From Balanoglossus misakiensis (lineage: Eukaryota; Animalia; Hemichordata): a stretch of DNA of 64,000 nt. A program made the translations under genes and the position numbers. Shown here one piece after another: positions 50,200 to 64,000 of the stretch. The notes below the pieces were generated by a model that had not been told where the DNA came from, did no database searches, and worked only from the letters and a program-made list of their open reading frames with translations. Location: NCBI GenBank assembly GCA_040954595.2, contig CM082586.2, forward strand, positions 11,749,337 through 11,813,336, read 5' to 3'. Numbering within the stretch: position 1 is the stretch's first letter; each line of letters opens with the position of its first letter.

Positions 50200-53100
50200 T
50201 AAAGACCATACAACACACCCAGCAGTGAGGGCGCTTTAGTGCATGTACACAATTAATAATTGATGCAGGACGGCTTGACAATTAAATGTCTATTTTACAG
50301 AAAATATAAGGTACTTTCTCCATTTCCATTACAGATCTAGAATAGGCAAATTTGCAATTACACTCACTCGCATGAATGAATGCTGGCATCTGTGGTGGGC
50401 GGCGTGGAACTTTACTTGGTGGCGTGCCGGGAAGGAAGGTGCTCTCCTCAGCTCAACTGCCACCAATAAACTGGCCCACAGCAGATGAGTTCATTTCAAC
50501 AGGTGCCAAGCTCTTCGGCTAGAATAGATAAAATATATTGATGCCGCAATGAATGAATGAAAACAGTATGAATGACCAGTCAATGGAGCTCTCCAATGGC
50601 ACGTAAGATTCTAGAATAGGCAAATTTGCAATTACACTCACTCGCATGAATGAATGCTGGCATCTGTGGTGGGCGGCGTGGAACTTTACTTGGTGGCGTG
50701 CCGGGAAGGAAGGTGCTCTCCTCAGCTCAACTGCCACCAATAAACTGGCCCACAGCAGATGAGTTCATTTCAACAGGTGCCAAGCTCTTTGGCTAGAATA
50801 GATAAAATATATTGATGCCGCAATGAATGAATGAAAACAGTATGAATGACCAGTCAATGGAGCTCTCCAATGGCACGTAAGATCTGTCTTGAAATTGCAG
50901 AAAGTACTCTAATTTGAAACAGGGTTAAAGACCATACAACACACCCAGCAGTGAGGGCGCTTTAGTGCATGTACACAATTAATAATTGATGCAGGACGGC
51001 TTGCCAATTAAATGTCTATTTTACAGAAAATATAAGGTACTTTCTCCATTTCCATTACAGATCTAGAATAGGCAAATTTGCAATTACACTCACTCGCATG
51101 AATGAATGCTGGCATCTGTGGTGGGCGGCGTGGAACTTTACTTGGTGGCGTGCCGGGAAGGAAGGTGCTCTCCTCAGCTCAACTGCCACCAATAAACTGG
51201 CCCACAGCAGATGAGTTCATTTCAACAGGTGCCAAGCTCTTTGGCTAGAATAGATAAAATATATTGATGCCGCAATGAATGAATGAAAACAGTATGAATG
51301 ACCAGTCAATGGAGCTCTCCAATGGCACGTAAGATCTGTCTTGAAATTGCAGAAAGTACTCTAATTTGAAACAGGGTTAAAGACCATACAACACACCCAG
51401 CAGTGAGGGCGCTTTAGTGCATGTACACAATTAATAATTGATGCAGGACGGCTTGCCAATTAAATGTCTATTTTACAGAAAATATAAGGTACTTTCTCCA
51501 TTTCGATTACAGATCTAGAATAGGCAAATTTGCAATTACACTCACTCGCATGAATGAATGCTGGCATCTGTGGTGGGCGGCGTGGAACTTTACTTGGTGG
51601 CGTGCCGGGAAGGAAGGTGCTCTCCTCAGCTCAACTGCCACCAATAAACTGGCCCACAGCAGATGAGTTCATTTCAACAGGTGCCAAGCTCTTTGGCTAG
51701 AATAGATCAAATATATTGATGCCGCAATGAATGAATGAAAACAGTATGAATGACCAGTCAATGGAGCTCTCCAATGGCACGTAAGATCTGTCTTGAAATT
51801 GCAGAAAGTACTCTAATTTGAAACAGGGTTAAAGACCATACAACACACCCAGCAGTGAGGGCGCTTTAGTGCATGTACACAATTAATAATTGATGCAGGA
51901 CGGCTTGCCAATTAAATGTCTATTTTACAGAAAATATAAGGTACTTTCTCCATTTCCATTACAGATCTAGAATAGGCAAATTTGCAATTACACTCACTCG
52001 CATGAATGAATGCTGGCATCTGTGGTGGGCGGCGTGGAACTTTACTTGGTGGCGTGCCGGGAAGGAAGGTGCTCTCCTCAGCTCAACTGCCACCAATAAA
52101 CTGGCCCACAGCAGATGAGTTCATTTCAACAGGTGCCAAGCTCTTTGGCTAGAATAGATAAAATATATTGATGCCGCAATGAATGAATGAAAACAGTATG
52201 AATGACCAGTCAATGGAGCTCTCCAATGGCACGTAAGATCTGTCTTGAAATTGCAGAAAGTACTCTAATTTGAAACAGGGTTAAAGACCATACAACACAC
52301 CCAGCAGTGAGGGCGCTTTAGTGCATGTACACAATTAATAATTGATGCAGGACGGCTGGCCAATTAAATGTCTATTTTACAGAAAATATAAGGTACTTTC
52401 TCCATTTCCATTACAGATCTAGGATAGGCAAATTTGCAATTACACTCACTCGCATGAATGAATGCTGGCATCTGTGGTGGGCGGCGTGGAACTTTACTTG
52501 GTGGCGTGCCGGGAAGGAAGGTGCTCTCCTCAGCTCAACTGCCACCAATAAACTGGCCCACAGCTGATGAGTTCATTTCAACAGGTGCCAAGCTCTTTGG
52601 CTAGTATAGATAAAATATATTGATGCCGCAATGAATGAATGAAAACAGTATGAATGACCAGTCAATGGAGCTCTCCAATGGCACGTAAGATCTGTCTTGA
52701 AATTGCAGAAAGTACTCTAATTTGAAACAGGGTTAAAGACCATACAACACACCCAGCAGTGAGGGCGCTTTAGTGCATGTACACAATTAATAATTGATGC
52801 AGGACGGCTTGCCAATTAAATGTCTATTTTACAGAAAATATAAGGTACTTTCTCCATTTCCATTACAGATCTAGAATAGGCAAATTTGCAATTACACTCA
52901 CTCGCATGAATGAATGCTGGCATCTGTGGTGGGCGGCGTGGAACTTTACTTGGTGGCGTGCCGGGAAGGAAGGTGCTCTCCTCAGCTCAACTGCCACCAA
53001 TAAACTGGCCCACAGCAGATGAGTTCATTTCAACAGGTGCCAAGCTCTTTGGCTAGAATAGATAAAATATATTGATGCCGCAATGAATGAATGAAAACAG

Positions 53101-56100
53101 TATGAATGACCAGTCAATGGAGCTCTCCAATGGCACGTAAGATTCTAGAATAGGCAAATTTGCAATTACACTCACTCGCATGAATGAATGCTGGCATCTG
53201 TGGTGGGCGGCGTGGAACTTTACTTGGTGGCGTGCCGGGAAGGAAGGTGCTCTCCTCAGCTCAACTGCCACCAATAAACTGGCCCACAGCAGATGAGTTC
53301 ATTTCAACAGGTGCCAAGCTCTTTGGCTAGAATAGATAAAATATATTGATGCCGCAATGAATGAATGAAAACAGTATGAATGACCAGTCAATGGAGCTCT
53401 CCAATGGCACGTAATTCTAGAATAGGCAAATTTGCAATTACACTCACTCGCATGAAAGAATGCTGGCATCTGTGGTGGGCGGCGTGGAACTTTACTTGGT
53501 GGCGTGCCGGGAAGGAAGGTGCTCTCCTCAGCTCAACTGCCACCAATAAACTGGCCCACAGCAGATGAGTTCATTTCAACAGGTGCCAAGCTCTTTGGCT
53601 AGAATAGATAAAATATATTGATGCCGCAATGAATGAATGAAAACAGTATGAATGACCAGTCAATGGAGCTCTCCAATGGCACGTAAGATCTGTCTTGAAA
53701 TTGCAGAAAGTACTCTAATTTGAAACAGGGTTAAAGACCATACAACACACCCAGCAGTGAGGGCGCTTTAGTGCATGTACACAATTAATAATTGATGCAG
53801 GACGGCTTGCCAATTAAATGTCTATTTTACAGAAAATATAAGGTACTTTCTCCATTTCCATTACAGATCTAGAATAGGCAAATTTGCAATTACACTCACT
53901 CGCATGAATGAATGCTGGCATCTGTGGTGGGCGGCGTGGAACTTTACTTGGTGGCGTGCCGGGAAGGAAGGTGCTCTCCTCAGCTCAACTGCCACCAATA
54001 AACTGGCCCACAGCAGATGAGTTCATTTCAACAGGTGCCAAGCTCTTTGGCTAGAATAGATAAAATATATTGATGCCGCAATGAATGAATGAAAACAGTA
54101 TGAATGACCAGTCAATGGAGCTCTCCAATGGCACGTAAGATTCTAGAATAGGCAAATTTGCAATTACACTCACTCGCATGAATGAATGCTGGCATCTGTG
54201 GTGGGCGGCGTGGAACTTTACTTGGTGGCGTGCCGGGAAGGAAGGTGCTCTCCTCAGCTCAACTGCCACCAATAAACTGGCCCACAGCAGATGAGTTCAT
54301 TTCAACAGGTGCCAAGCTCTTCGGCTAGAATAGATAAAATATATTGATGCCGCAATGAATGAATGAAAACAGTATGAATGACCAGTCAATGGAGCTCTCC
54401 AATGGCACGTAAGATTCTAGAATAGGCAAATTTGCAATTACACTCACTCGCATGAATGAATGCTGGCATCTGTGGTGGGCGGCGTGGAACTTTACTTGGT
54501 GGCGTGCCGGGAAAGAAGGTGCTCTCCTCAGCTCAACTGCCACCAATAAACTGGCCCACAGCAGATGAGTTCATTTCAACAGGTGCCAAGCTCTTTGGCT
54601 AGAATAGATAAAATATATTGATGCCGCAATGAATGAATGAAAACAGTATGAATGACCAGTCAATGGAGCTCTCCAATGGCACGTAAGATCTGTCTTGAAA
54701 TTGCAGAAAGTACTCTAATTTGAAACAGGGTTAAAGACCATACAACACACCCAGCAGTGAGGGCGCTTTAGTGCATGTACACAATTAATAATTGATGCAG
54801 GACGGCTTGCCAATTAAATGTCTATTTTACAGAAAATATAAGGTACTTTCTCCATTTCCATTACAGATCTAGAATAGGCAAATTTGCAATTACACTCACT
54901 CGCATGAATGAATGCTGGCATCTGTGGTGGGCGGCGTGGAACTTTACTTGGTGGCGTGCCGGGAAGGAAGGTGCTCTCCTCAGCTCAACTGCCACCAATA
55001 AACTGGCCCACAGCAGATGAGTTCATTTCAACAGGTGCCAAGCTCTTTGGCTAGAATAGATAAAATATATTGATGCCGCAATGAATGAATGAAAACAGTA
55101 TGAATGACCAGTCAATGGAGCTCTCCAATGGCACGTAAGATCTGTCTTGAAATTGCAGAAAGTACTCTAATTTGAAACAGGGTTAAAGACCATACAACAC
55201 ACCCAGCAGTGAGGGCGCTTTAGTGCATGTACACAATTAATAATTGATGCAGGACGGCTTGCCAATTAAATGTCTATTTTACAGAAAATATAAGGTACTT
55301 TCTCCATTTCCATTACAGATCTAGAATAGGCAAATTTGCAATTACACTCACTCGCATGAATGAATGCTGGCATCTGTGGTGGGCGGCGTGGAACTTTACT
55401 TGGTGGCGTGCCGGGAAGGAAGGTGCTCTCCTCAGCTCAACTGCCACCAATAAACTGGCCCACAGCAGATGAGTTCATTTCAACAGGTGCCAAGCTCTTT
55501 GGCTAGAATAGATAAAATATATTGATGCCGCAATGAATGAATGAAAACAGTATGAATGACCAGTCAATGGAGCTCTCCAATGGCACGTAAGATCTGTCTT
55601 GAAATTGCAGAAAGTACTCTAATTTGAAACAGGGTTAAAGACCATACAACACACCCAGCAGTGAGGGCGCTTTAGTGCATGTACACAATTAATAATTGAT
55701 GCAGGACGGCTTGCCAATTAAATGTCTATTTTACAGAAAATATAAGGTACTTTCTCCATTTCCATTACAGATCTAGAATAGGCAAATTTGCAATTACACT
55801 CACTCGCATGAATGAATGCTGGCATCTGTGGTGGGCGGCGTGGAACTTTACTTGGTGGCGTGCCGGGAAGGAAGGTGCTCTCCTCAGCTCAACTGCCACC
55901 AATAAACTGGCCCACAGCAGATGAGTTCATTTCAACAGGTGCCAAGCTCTTTGGCTAGAATAGATAAAATATATTGATGCCGCAATGAATGAATGAAAAC
56001 AGTATGAATGACCAGTCAATGGAGCTCTCCAATGGCACGTAAGATTCTAGAATAGGCAAATTTGCAATTACACTCACTCGCATGAATGAATGCTGGCATC

Positions 56101-59100
56101 TGTGGTGGGCGGCGTGGAACTTTACTTGGTGGCGTGCCGGGAAGGAAGGTGCTCTCCTCAGCTCAACTGCCACCAATAAACTGGCCCACAGCAGATGAGT
56201 TCATTTCAACAGGTGCCAAGCTCTTCGGCTAGAATAGATAAAATATATTGATGCCGCAATGAATGAATGAAAACAGTATGAATGACCAGTCAATGGAGCT
56301 CTCCAATGGCACGTAAGATTCTAGAATAGGCAAATTTGCAATTACACTCACTCGCATGAATGAATGCTGGCATCTGTGGTGGGCGGCGTGGAACTTTACT
56401 TGGTGGCGTGCTGGGAAAGAAGGTGCTCTCCTCAGCTCAACTGCCACCAATAAACTGGCCCACAGCAGATGAGTTCATTTCAACAGGTGCCAAGCTCTTT
56501 GGCTAGAATAGATAAAATATATTGATGCCGCAATGAATGAATGAAAACAGTATGAATGACCAGTCAATGGAGCTCTCCAATGGCACGTAAGATCTGTCTT
56601 GAAATTGCAGAAAGTACTCTAATTTGAAACAGGGTTAAAGACCATACAACACACCCAGCAGTGAGGGCGCTTTAGTGCATGTACACAATTAATAATTGAT
56701 GCAGGACGGCTTGCCAATTAAATGTCTATTTTACAGAAAATATAAGGTACTTTCTCCATTTCCATTACAGATCTAGAATAGGCAAATTTGCAATTACACT
56801 CACTCGCATGAATGAATGCTGGCATCTGTGGTGGGCGGCGTGGAACTTTACTTGGTGGCGTGCCGGGAAGGAAGGTGCTCTCCTCAGCTCAACTGCCACC
56901 AATAAACTGGCCCACAGCAGATGAGTTCATTTCAACAGGTGCCAAGCTCTTTGGCTAGAATAGATAAAATATATTGATGCCGCAATGAATGAATGAAAAC
57001 AGTATGAATGACCAGTCAATGGAGCTCTCCAATGGCACGTAAGATCTGTCTTGAAATTGCAGAAAGTACTCTAATTTGAAACAGGGTTAAAGACCATACA
57101 ACACACCCAGCAGTGAGGGCGCTTTAGTGCATGTACACAATTAATAATTGATGCAGGACGGCTTGCCAATTAAATGTCTATTTTACAGAAAATATAAGGT
57201 ACTTTCTCCATTTCCATTACAGATCTAGAATAGGCAAATTTGCAATTACACTCACTCGCATGAATGAATGCTGGCATCTGTGGTGGGCGGCGTGGAACTT
57301 TACTTGGTGGCGTGCCGGGAAGGAAGGTGCTCTCCTCAGCTCAACTGCCACCAATAAACTGGCCCACAGCAGATGAGTTCATTTCAACAGGTGCCAAGCT
57401 CTTTGGCTAGAATAGATAAAATATATTGATGCCGCAATGAATGAATGAAAACAGTATGAATGACCAGTCAATGGAGCTCTCCAATGGCACGTAAGATTCT
57501 AGAATAGGCAAATTTGCAATTACACTCACTCGCATGAATGAATGCTGGCATCTGTGGTGGGCGGCGTGGAACTTTACTTGGTGGCGTGCCGGGAAGGAAG
57601 GTGCTCTCCTCAGCTCAACTGCCACCAATAAACTGGCCCACAGCAGATGAGTTCATTTCAACAGGTGCCAAGCTCTTTGGCTAGAATAGATAAAATATAT
57701 TGATGCCGCAATGAATGAATGAAAACAGTATGAATGACCAGTCAATGGAGCTCTCCAATGGCACGTAAGATTCTAGAATAGGCAAATTTGCAATTACACT
57801 CACTCGCATGAATGAATGCTGGCATCTGTGGTGGGCGGCGTGGAACTTTACTTGGTGGCGTGCCGGGAAGGAAGGTGCTCTCCTCAGCTCAACTGCCACC
57901 AATAAACTGGCCCACAGCAGATGAGTTCATTTCAACAGGTGCCAAGCTCTTCGGCTAGAATAGATAAAATATATTGATGCCGCAATGAATGAATGAAAAC
58001 AGTATGAATGACCAGTCAATGGAGCTCTCCAATGGCACGTAAGATTCTAGAATAGGCAAATTTGCAATTACACTCACTCGCATGAATGAATGCTGGCATC
58101 TGTGGTGGGCGGCGTGGAACTTTACTTGGTGGCGTGCCGGGAAAGAAGGTGCTCTCCTCAGCTCAACTGCCACCAATAAACTGGCCCACAGCAGATGAGT
58201 TCATTTCAACAGGTGCCAAGCTCTTTGGCTAGAATAGATAAAATATATTGATGCCGCAATGAATGAATGAAAACAGTATGAATGACCAGTCAATGGAGCT
58301 CTCCAATGGCACGTAAGATCTGTCTTGAAATTGCAGAAAGTACTCTAATTTGAAACAGGGTTAAAGACCATACAACACACCCAGCAGTGAGGGCGCTTTA
58401 GTGCATGTACACAATTAATAATTGATGCAGGACGGCTTGCCAATTAAATGTCTATTTTACAGAAAATATAAGGTACTTTCTCCATTTCCATTACAGATCT
58501 AGAATAGGCAAATTTGCAATTACACTCACTCGCATGAATGAATGCTGGCATCTGTGGTGGGCGGCGTGGAACTTTACTTGGTGGCGTGCCGGGAAGGAAG
58601 GTGCTCTCCTCAGCTCAACTGCCACCAATAAACTGGCCCACAGCAGATGAGTTCATTTCAACAGGTGCCAAGCTCTTTGGCTAGAATAGATAAAATATAT
58701 TGATGCCGCAATGAATGAATGAAAACAGTATGAATGACCAGTCAATGGAGCTCTCCAATGGCACGTAAGAATTCTAGAATAGGCAAATTTGCAATTACAC
58801 TCACTCGCATGAATGAATGCTGGCATCTGTGGTGGGCGGCGTGGAACTTTACTTGGTGGCGTGCCGGGAAGGAAGGTGCTCTCCTCAGCTCAACTGCCAC
58901 CAATAAACTGGCCCACAGCAGATGAGTTCATTTCAACAGGTGCCAAGCTCTTTGGCTAGAATAGATAAAATATATTGATGCCGCAATGAATGAATGAAAA
59001 CAGTATGAATGACCAGTCAATGGAGCTCTCCAATGGCACGTAAGATCTGTCTTGAAATTGCAGAAAGTACTCTAATTTGAAACAGGGTTAAAGACCATAC

Positions 59101-62100
59101 AACACACCCAGCAGTGAGGGCGCTTTAGTGCATGTACACAATTAATAATTGATGCAGGACGGCTTGCCAATTAAATGTCTATTTTACAGAAAATATAAGG
59201 TACTTTCTCCATTTCCATTACAGATCTAGAATAGGCAAATTTGCAATTACACTCACTCGCATGAATGAATGCTGGCATCTGTGGTGGGCGGCGTGGAACT
59301 TTACTTGGTGGCGTGCCGGGAAGGAAGGTGCTCTCCTCAGCTCAACTGCCACCAATAAACTGGCCCACAGCAGATGAGTTCATTTCAACAGGTGCCAAGC
59401 TCTTTGGCTAGAATAGATAAAATATATTGATGCCGCAATGAATGAATGAAAACAGTATGAATGACCAGTCAATGGAGCTCTCCAATGGCACGTAAGATTC
59501 TAGAATAGGCAAATTTGCAATTACACTCACTCGCATGAATGAATGCTGGCATCTGTGGTGGGCGGCGTGGAACTTTACTTGGTGGCGTGCCGGGAAGGAA
59601 GGTGCTCTCCTCAGCTCAACTGCCACCAATAAACTGGCCCACAGCAGATGAGTTCATTTCAACAGGTGCCAAGCTCTTCGGCTAGAATAGATAAAATATA
59701 TTGATGCCGCAATGAATGAATGAAAACAGTATGAATGACCAGTCAATGGAGCTCTCCAATGGCACGTAAGATTCTAGAATAGGCAAATTTGCAATTACAC
59801 TCACTCGCATGAATGAATGCTGGCATCTGTGGTGGGCGGCGTGGAACTTTACTTGGTGGCGTGCCGGGAAAGAAGGTGCTCTCCTCAGCTCAACTGCCAC
59901 CAATAAACTGGCCCACAGCAGATGAGTTCATTTCAACAGGTGCCAAGCTCTTTGGCTAGAATAGATAAAATATATTGATGCCGCAATGAATGAATGAAAA
60001 CAGTATGAATGACCAGTCAATGGAGCTCTCCAATGGCACGTAAGATCTGTCTTGAAATTGCAGAAAGTACTCTAATTTGAAACAGGGTTAAAGACCATAC
60101 AACACACCCAGCAGTGAGGGCGCTTTAGTGCATGTACACAATTAATAATTGATGCAGGACGGCTTGCCAATTAAATGTCTATTTTACAGAAAATATAAGG
60201 TACTTTCTCCATTTCCATTACAGATCTAGAATAGGCAAATTTGCAATTACACTCACTCGCATGAATGAATGCTGGCATCTGTGGTGGGCGGCGTGGAACT
60301 TTACTTGGTGGCGTGCCGGGAAGGAAGGTGCTCTCCTCAGCTCAACTGCCACCAATAAACTGGCCCACAGCAGATGAGTTCATTTCAACAGGTGCCAAGC
60401 TCTTTGGCTAGAATAGATAAAATATATTGATGCCGCAATGAATGAATGAAAACAGTATGAATGACCAGTCAATGGAGCTCTCCAATGGCACGTAAGAATT
60501 CTAGAATAGGCAAATTTGCAATTACACTCACTCGCATGAATGAATGCTGGCATCTGTGGTGGGCGGCGTGGAACTTTACTTGGTGGCGTGCCGGGAAGGA
60601 AGGTGCTCTCCTCAGCTCAACTGCCACCAATAAACTGGCCCACAGCAGATGAGTTCATTTCAACAGGTGCCAAGCTCTTTGGCTAGAATAGATAAAATAT
60701 ATTGATGCCGCAATGAATGAATGAAAACAGTATGAATGACCAGTCAATGGAGCTCTCCAATGGCACGTAAGATTCTAGAATAGGCAAATTTGCAATTACA
60801 CTCACTCGCATGAATGAATGCTGGCATCTGTGGTGGGCGGCGTGGAACTTTACTTGGTGGCGTGCCGGGAAGGAAGGTGCTCTCCTCAGCTCAACTGCCA
60901 CCAATAAACTGGCCCACAGCAGATGAGTTCATTTCAACAGGTGCCAAGCTCTTTGGCTAGAATAGATAAAATATATTGATGCCGCAATGAATGAATGAAA
61001 ACAGTATGAATGACCAGTCAATGGAGCTCTCCAATGGCACGTAAGATTCTAGAATAGGCAAATTTGCAATTACACTCACTCGCATGAATGAATGCTGGCA
61101 TCTGTGGTGGGTGGCGTGGAACTTTACTTGGTGGCGTGCCGGGAAAGAAGGTGCTCTCCTCAGCTCAACTGCCACCAATAAACTGGCCCACAGCAGATGA
61201 GTTCATTTCAACAGGTGCCAAGCTCTTTGGCTAGAATAGATAAAATATATTGATGCCGCAATGAATGAATGAAAACAGTATGAATGACCAGTCAATGGAG
61301 CTCTCCAATGGCACGTAAGATCTGTCTTGAAATTGCAGAAAGTACTCTAATTTGAAACAGGGTTAAAGACCATACAACACACCCAGCAGTGAGGGCGCTT
61401 TAGTGCATGTACACAATTAATAATTGATGCAGGACGGCTTGCCAATTAAATGTCTATTTTACAGAAAATATAAGGTACTTTCTCCATTTCCATTACAGAT
61501 CTAGAATAGGCAAATTTGCAATTACACTCACTCGCATGAATGAATGCTGGCATCTGTGGTGGGCGGCGTGGAACTTTACTTGGTGGCGTGCCGGGAAGGA
61601 AGGTGCTCTCCTCAGCTCAACTGCCACCAATAAACTGGCCCACAGCAGATGAGTTCATTTCAACAGGTGCCAAGCTCTTTGGCTAGAATAGATAAAATAT
61701 ATTGATGCCGCAATGAATGAATGAAAACAGTATGAATGACCAGTCAATGGAGCTCTCCAATGGCACGTAAGATCTGTCTTGAAATTGCAGAAAGTACTCT
61801 AATTTGAAACAGGGTTAAAGACCATACAACACACCCAGCAGTGAGGGCGCTTTAGTGCATGTACACAATTAATAATTGATGCAGGACGGCTTGCCAATTA
61901 AATGTCTATTTTACAGAAAATATAAGGTACTTTCTCCATTTCCATTACAGATCTAGAATAGGCAAATTTGCAATTACACTCACTCGCATGAATGAATGCT
62001 GGCATCTGTGGTGGGCGGCGTGGAACTTTACTTGGTGGCGTGCCGGGAAGGAAGGTGCTCTCCTCAGCTCAACTGCCACCAATAAACTGGCCCACAGCAG

Positions 62101-62949
62101 ATGAGTTCATTTCAACAGGTGCCAAGCTCTTTGGCTAGAATAGATAAAATATATTGATGCCGCAATGAATGAATGAAAACAGTATGAATGACCAGTCAAT
62201 GGAGCTCTCCAATGGCACGTAAGATCTGTCTTGAAATTGCAGAAAGTACTCTAATTTGAAACAGGGTTAAAGACCATACAACACACCCAGCAGTGAGGGC
62301 GCTTTAGTGCATGTACACAATTAATAATTGATGCAGGACGGCTTGCCAATTAAATGTCTATTTTACAGAAAATATAAGGTACTTTCTCCATTTCCATTAC
62401 AGATCTAGAATAGGCAAATTTGCAATTACACTCACTCGCATGAATGAATGCTGGCATCTGTGGTGGGCGGCGTGGAACTTTACTTGGTGGCGTGCCGGGA
62501 AGGAAGGTGCTCTCCTCAGCTCAACTGCCACCAATAAACTGGCCCACAGCAGATGAGTTCATTTCAACAGGTGCCAAGCTCTTTGGCTAGAATAGATAAA
62601 ATATATTGATGCCGCAATGAATGAATGAAAACAGTATGAATGACCAGTCAATGGAGCTCTCCAATGGCACGTAAGATCTGTCTTGAAATTGCAGAAAGTA
62701 CTCTAATTTGAAACAGGGTTAAAGACCATACAACACACCCAGCAGTGAGGGCGCTTTAGTGCATGTACACAATTAATAATTGATGCAGGACGGCTTGCCA
62801 ATTAAATGTCTATTTTACAGAAAATATAAGGTACTTTCTCCATTTCCATTACAGATGTATGTACGTATTTATGCATGTATGTAGCCAGCAAACACACAAA
62901 ACATATTGTGTATATTCAATTCCATACAGTGTTTGATAATAAATATGTT

Positions 62950-64000
62950 GCTGTTTTACAATTTGGCATTCACTGCTGATAATTAGGTTTCCATAGATAC
63001 AAGCGGAATGCAATAGAAGAGGGATAACCATATACATGTATAGAAAAGGTAGGTTACCCCTTCCCCTATCATCCAAATACTACCACAGAGGGTGCTATAC
63101 TATATGACCATCAACTGAGTATCATTCAAATACTCTGTGCACAGTGGGTAAATACACATTTGTTTTTTTAGGAGACTTTCATCAGTTGCAGTAAAATACA
63201 ACGTGACTACACTATATACACCAATGAGAATGGCCATGTAATTCAGAGAGTGCTTGATATTAAAACTGTTTCATAGTTGTGGCCTTTACTGCTGATAATT
63301 AGGTTACCATAGATACAAGCCCAATGCAACAGGACAGGGATAAACATATGCAAAGACAAGATTAAACCCCACCTCCATAATCAAAATACTACCGCAGAGG
63401 GCGCTATACTATATGACCATCAACTGAGTATCATTCAAATACTCTGTGCACAGTGGGTAAAGACACATTTGGTTTTTTAGGAGACTTTCATCAGTTGCAG
63501 TAAAATACAACGTGACTACACTATATACACCAATGAGAATGGCCGTGTAATTCAGAGAGTGCTTGATATTAAAACTGTTTCATAGTTGTGGCCTTTACTG
63601 CTGATAATTAGGTTACCATAGATACAAGCCCAATGCAACATGACAGGGATAAACATATGCAAAGACAAGATTTAACCCCACCTCCATAATCAAAATACTA
63701 CCACAGAGGGCGCTATACTATATGACCATCAACTGAGTATCATTCAAATACTCTGTGCACAGTGGGTAAAGACACATTTGGTTTTTTAGGAGACTTTCAT
63801 CAGTTGCAGTAAAATACAACGTGACTACACTATATACACCAATGAGAATGGCCGTGTAATTCAGAGAGTGCTTGATATTAAAACTGTTTCATAGTTGCGG
63901 CCTTTACTGCTGATAATTAGGTTACCATAGATACAAGCCCAATGCAACAGGACAGGGATAAACATATGCAAAGACAAGATTAAACCCCACCTCCATAATC
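62950..64000. repeat. 309-bp tandem repeat (>3 copies, runs off the window), preceded by a degenerate (TATG)n tract
   Basis: TACTACC(A/G)CAGAGGG(C/T)GCTATAC at 63078, 63387, 63696. Confidence 0.92.

Larger units (their letters stand above)
21967..62855. repeat. 40.9-kb homogeneous satellite of module A (~273 bp) and module B (~179 bp), arranged as A (~274-276) and AB (~452-454) units
   Basis: A = TCTAGAATAGGC...CACGTAAGA, B = TCTGTCTTG...CCATTACAGA; ORF-track spacings of 274/275 and multiples involving 452; copies differ by only scattered SNPs. Confidence 0.98.

Noticed and set aside
22266-61178. Dozens of 62-83 aa ORFs (MVAVELRR..., MTSQWSS..., MMQDGL...)
   Set aside because: They appear or vanish with junction indels, often use non-ATG starts and show no recognisable domain; they are by-products of the satellite
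21967-62855. CRISPR-like or integron-like array
   Set aside because: There are no unique spacers or variable cassettes, only two near-invariant modules; no cas or tyrosine recombinase gene is visible; the context is eukaryotic

Overview
Eukaryotic (invertebrate animal-like, spliceosomal introns) DNA made almost entirely of nested repeats and mobile elements. A ~2 kb tandem duplication with an ~80-bp subrepeat (1-3171) is cut sharply at 3172 by a segment that starts TATGG and has 78-bp subterminal repeats. This segment carries an intronless BTB-BACK-PHR gene with two in-frame stops, a 9-exon gene ending in a UBX-like domain, and a convergent spliced DDE integrase-core gene (6 exons recovered). 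Together they look like the left part of a very large cargo-bearing IS3EU-like DNA transposon whose right end is not in the window. One integrase intron holds a near-complete CR1/L2-group LINE. Immediately upstream of the first recovered integrase exon (probably another intron) lie a hairpin MITE and a 40.9-kb satellite (21967-62855). The satellite is built from two nested units (~274 and ~452 bp) with Helitron-like TC...CTAG ends, variable junction bases, a ~905-bp-arm palindrome at its left end, higher-order repeats and one Harbinger-type MITE. A 309-bp tandem repeat runs off the right edge. The dozens of short ORFs in the satellite are not genes. Family assignments come from motif recognition only; no database search was possible.
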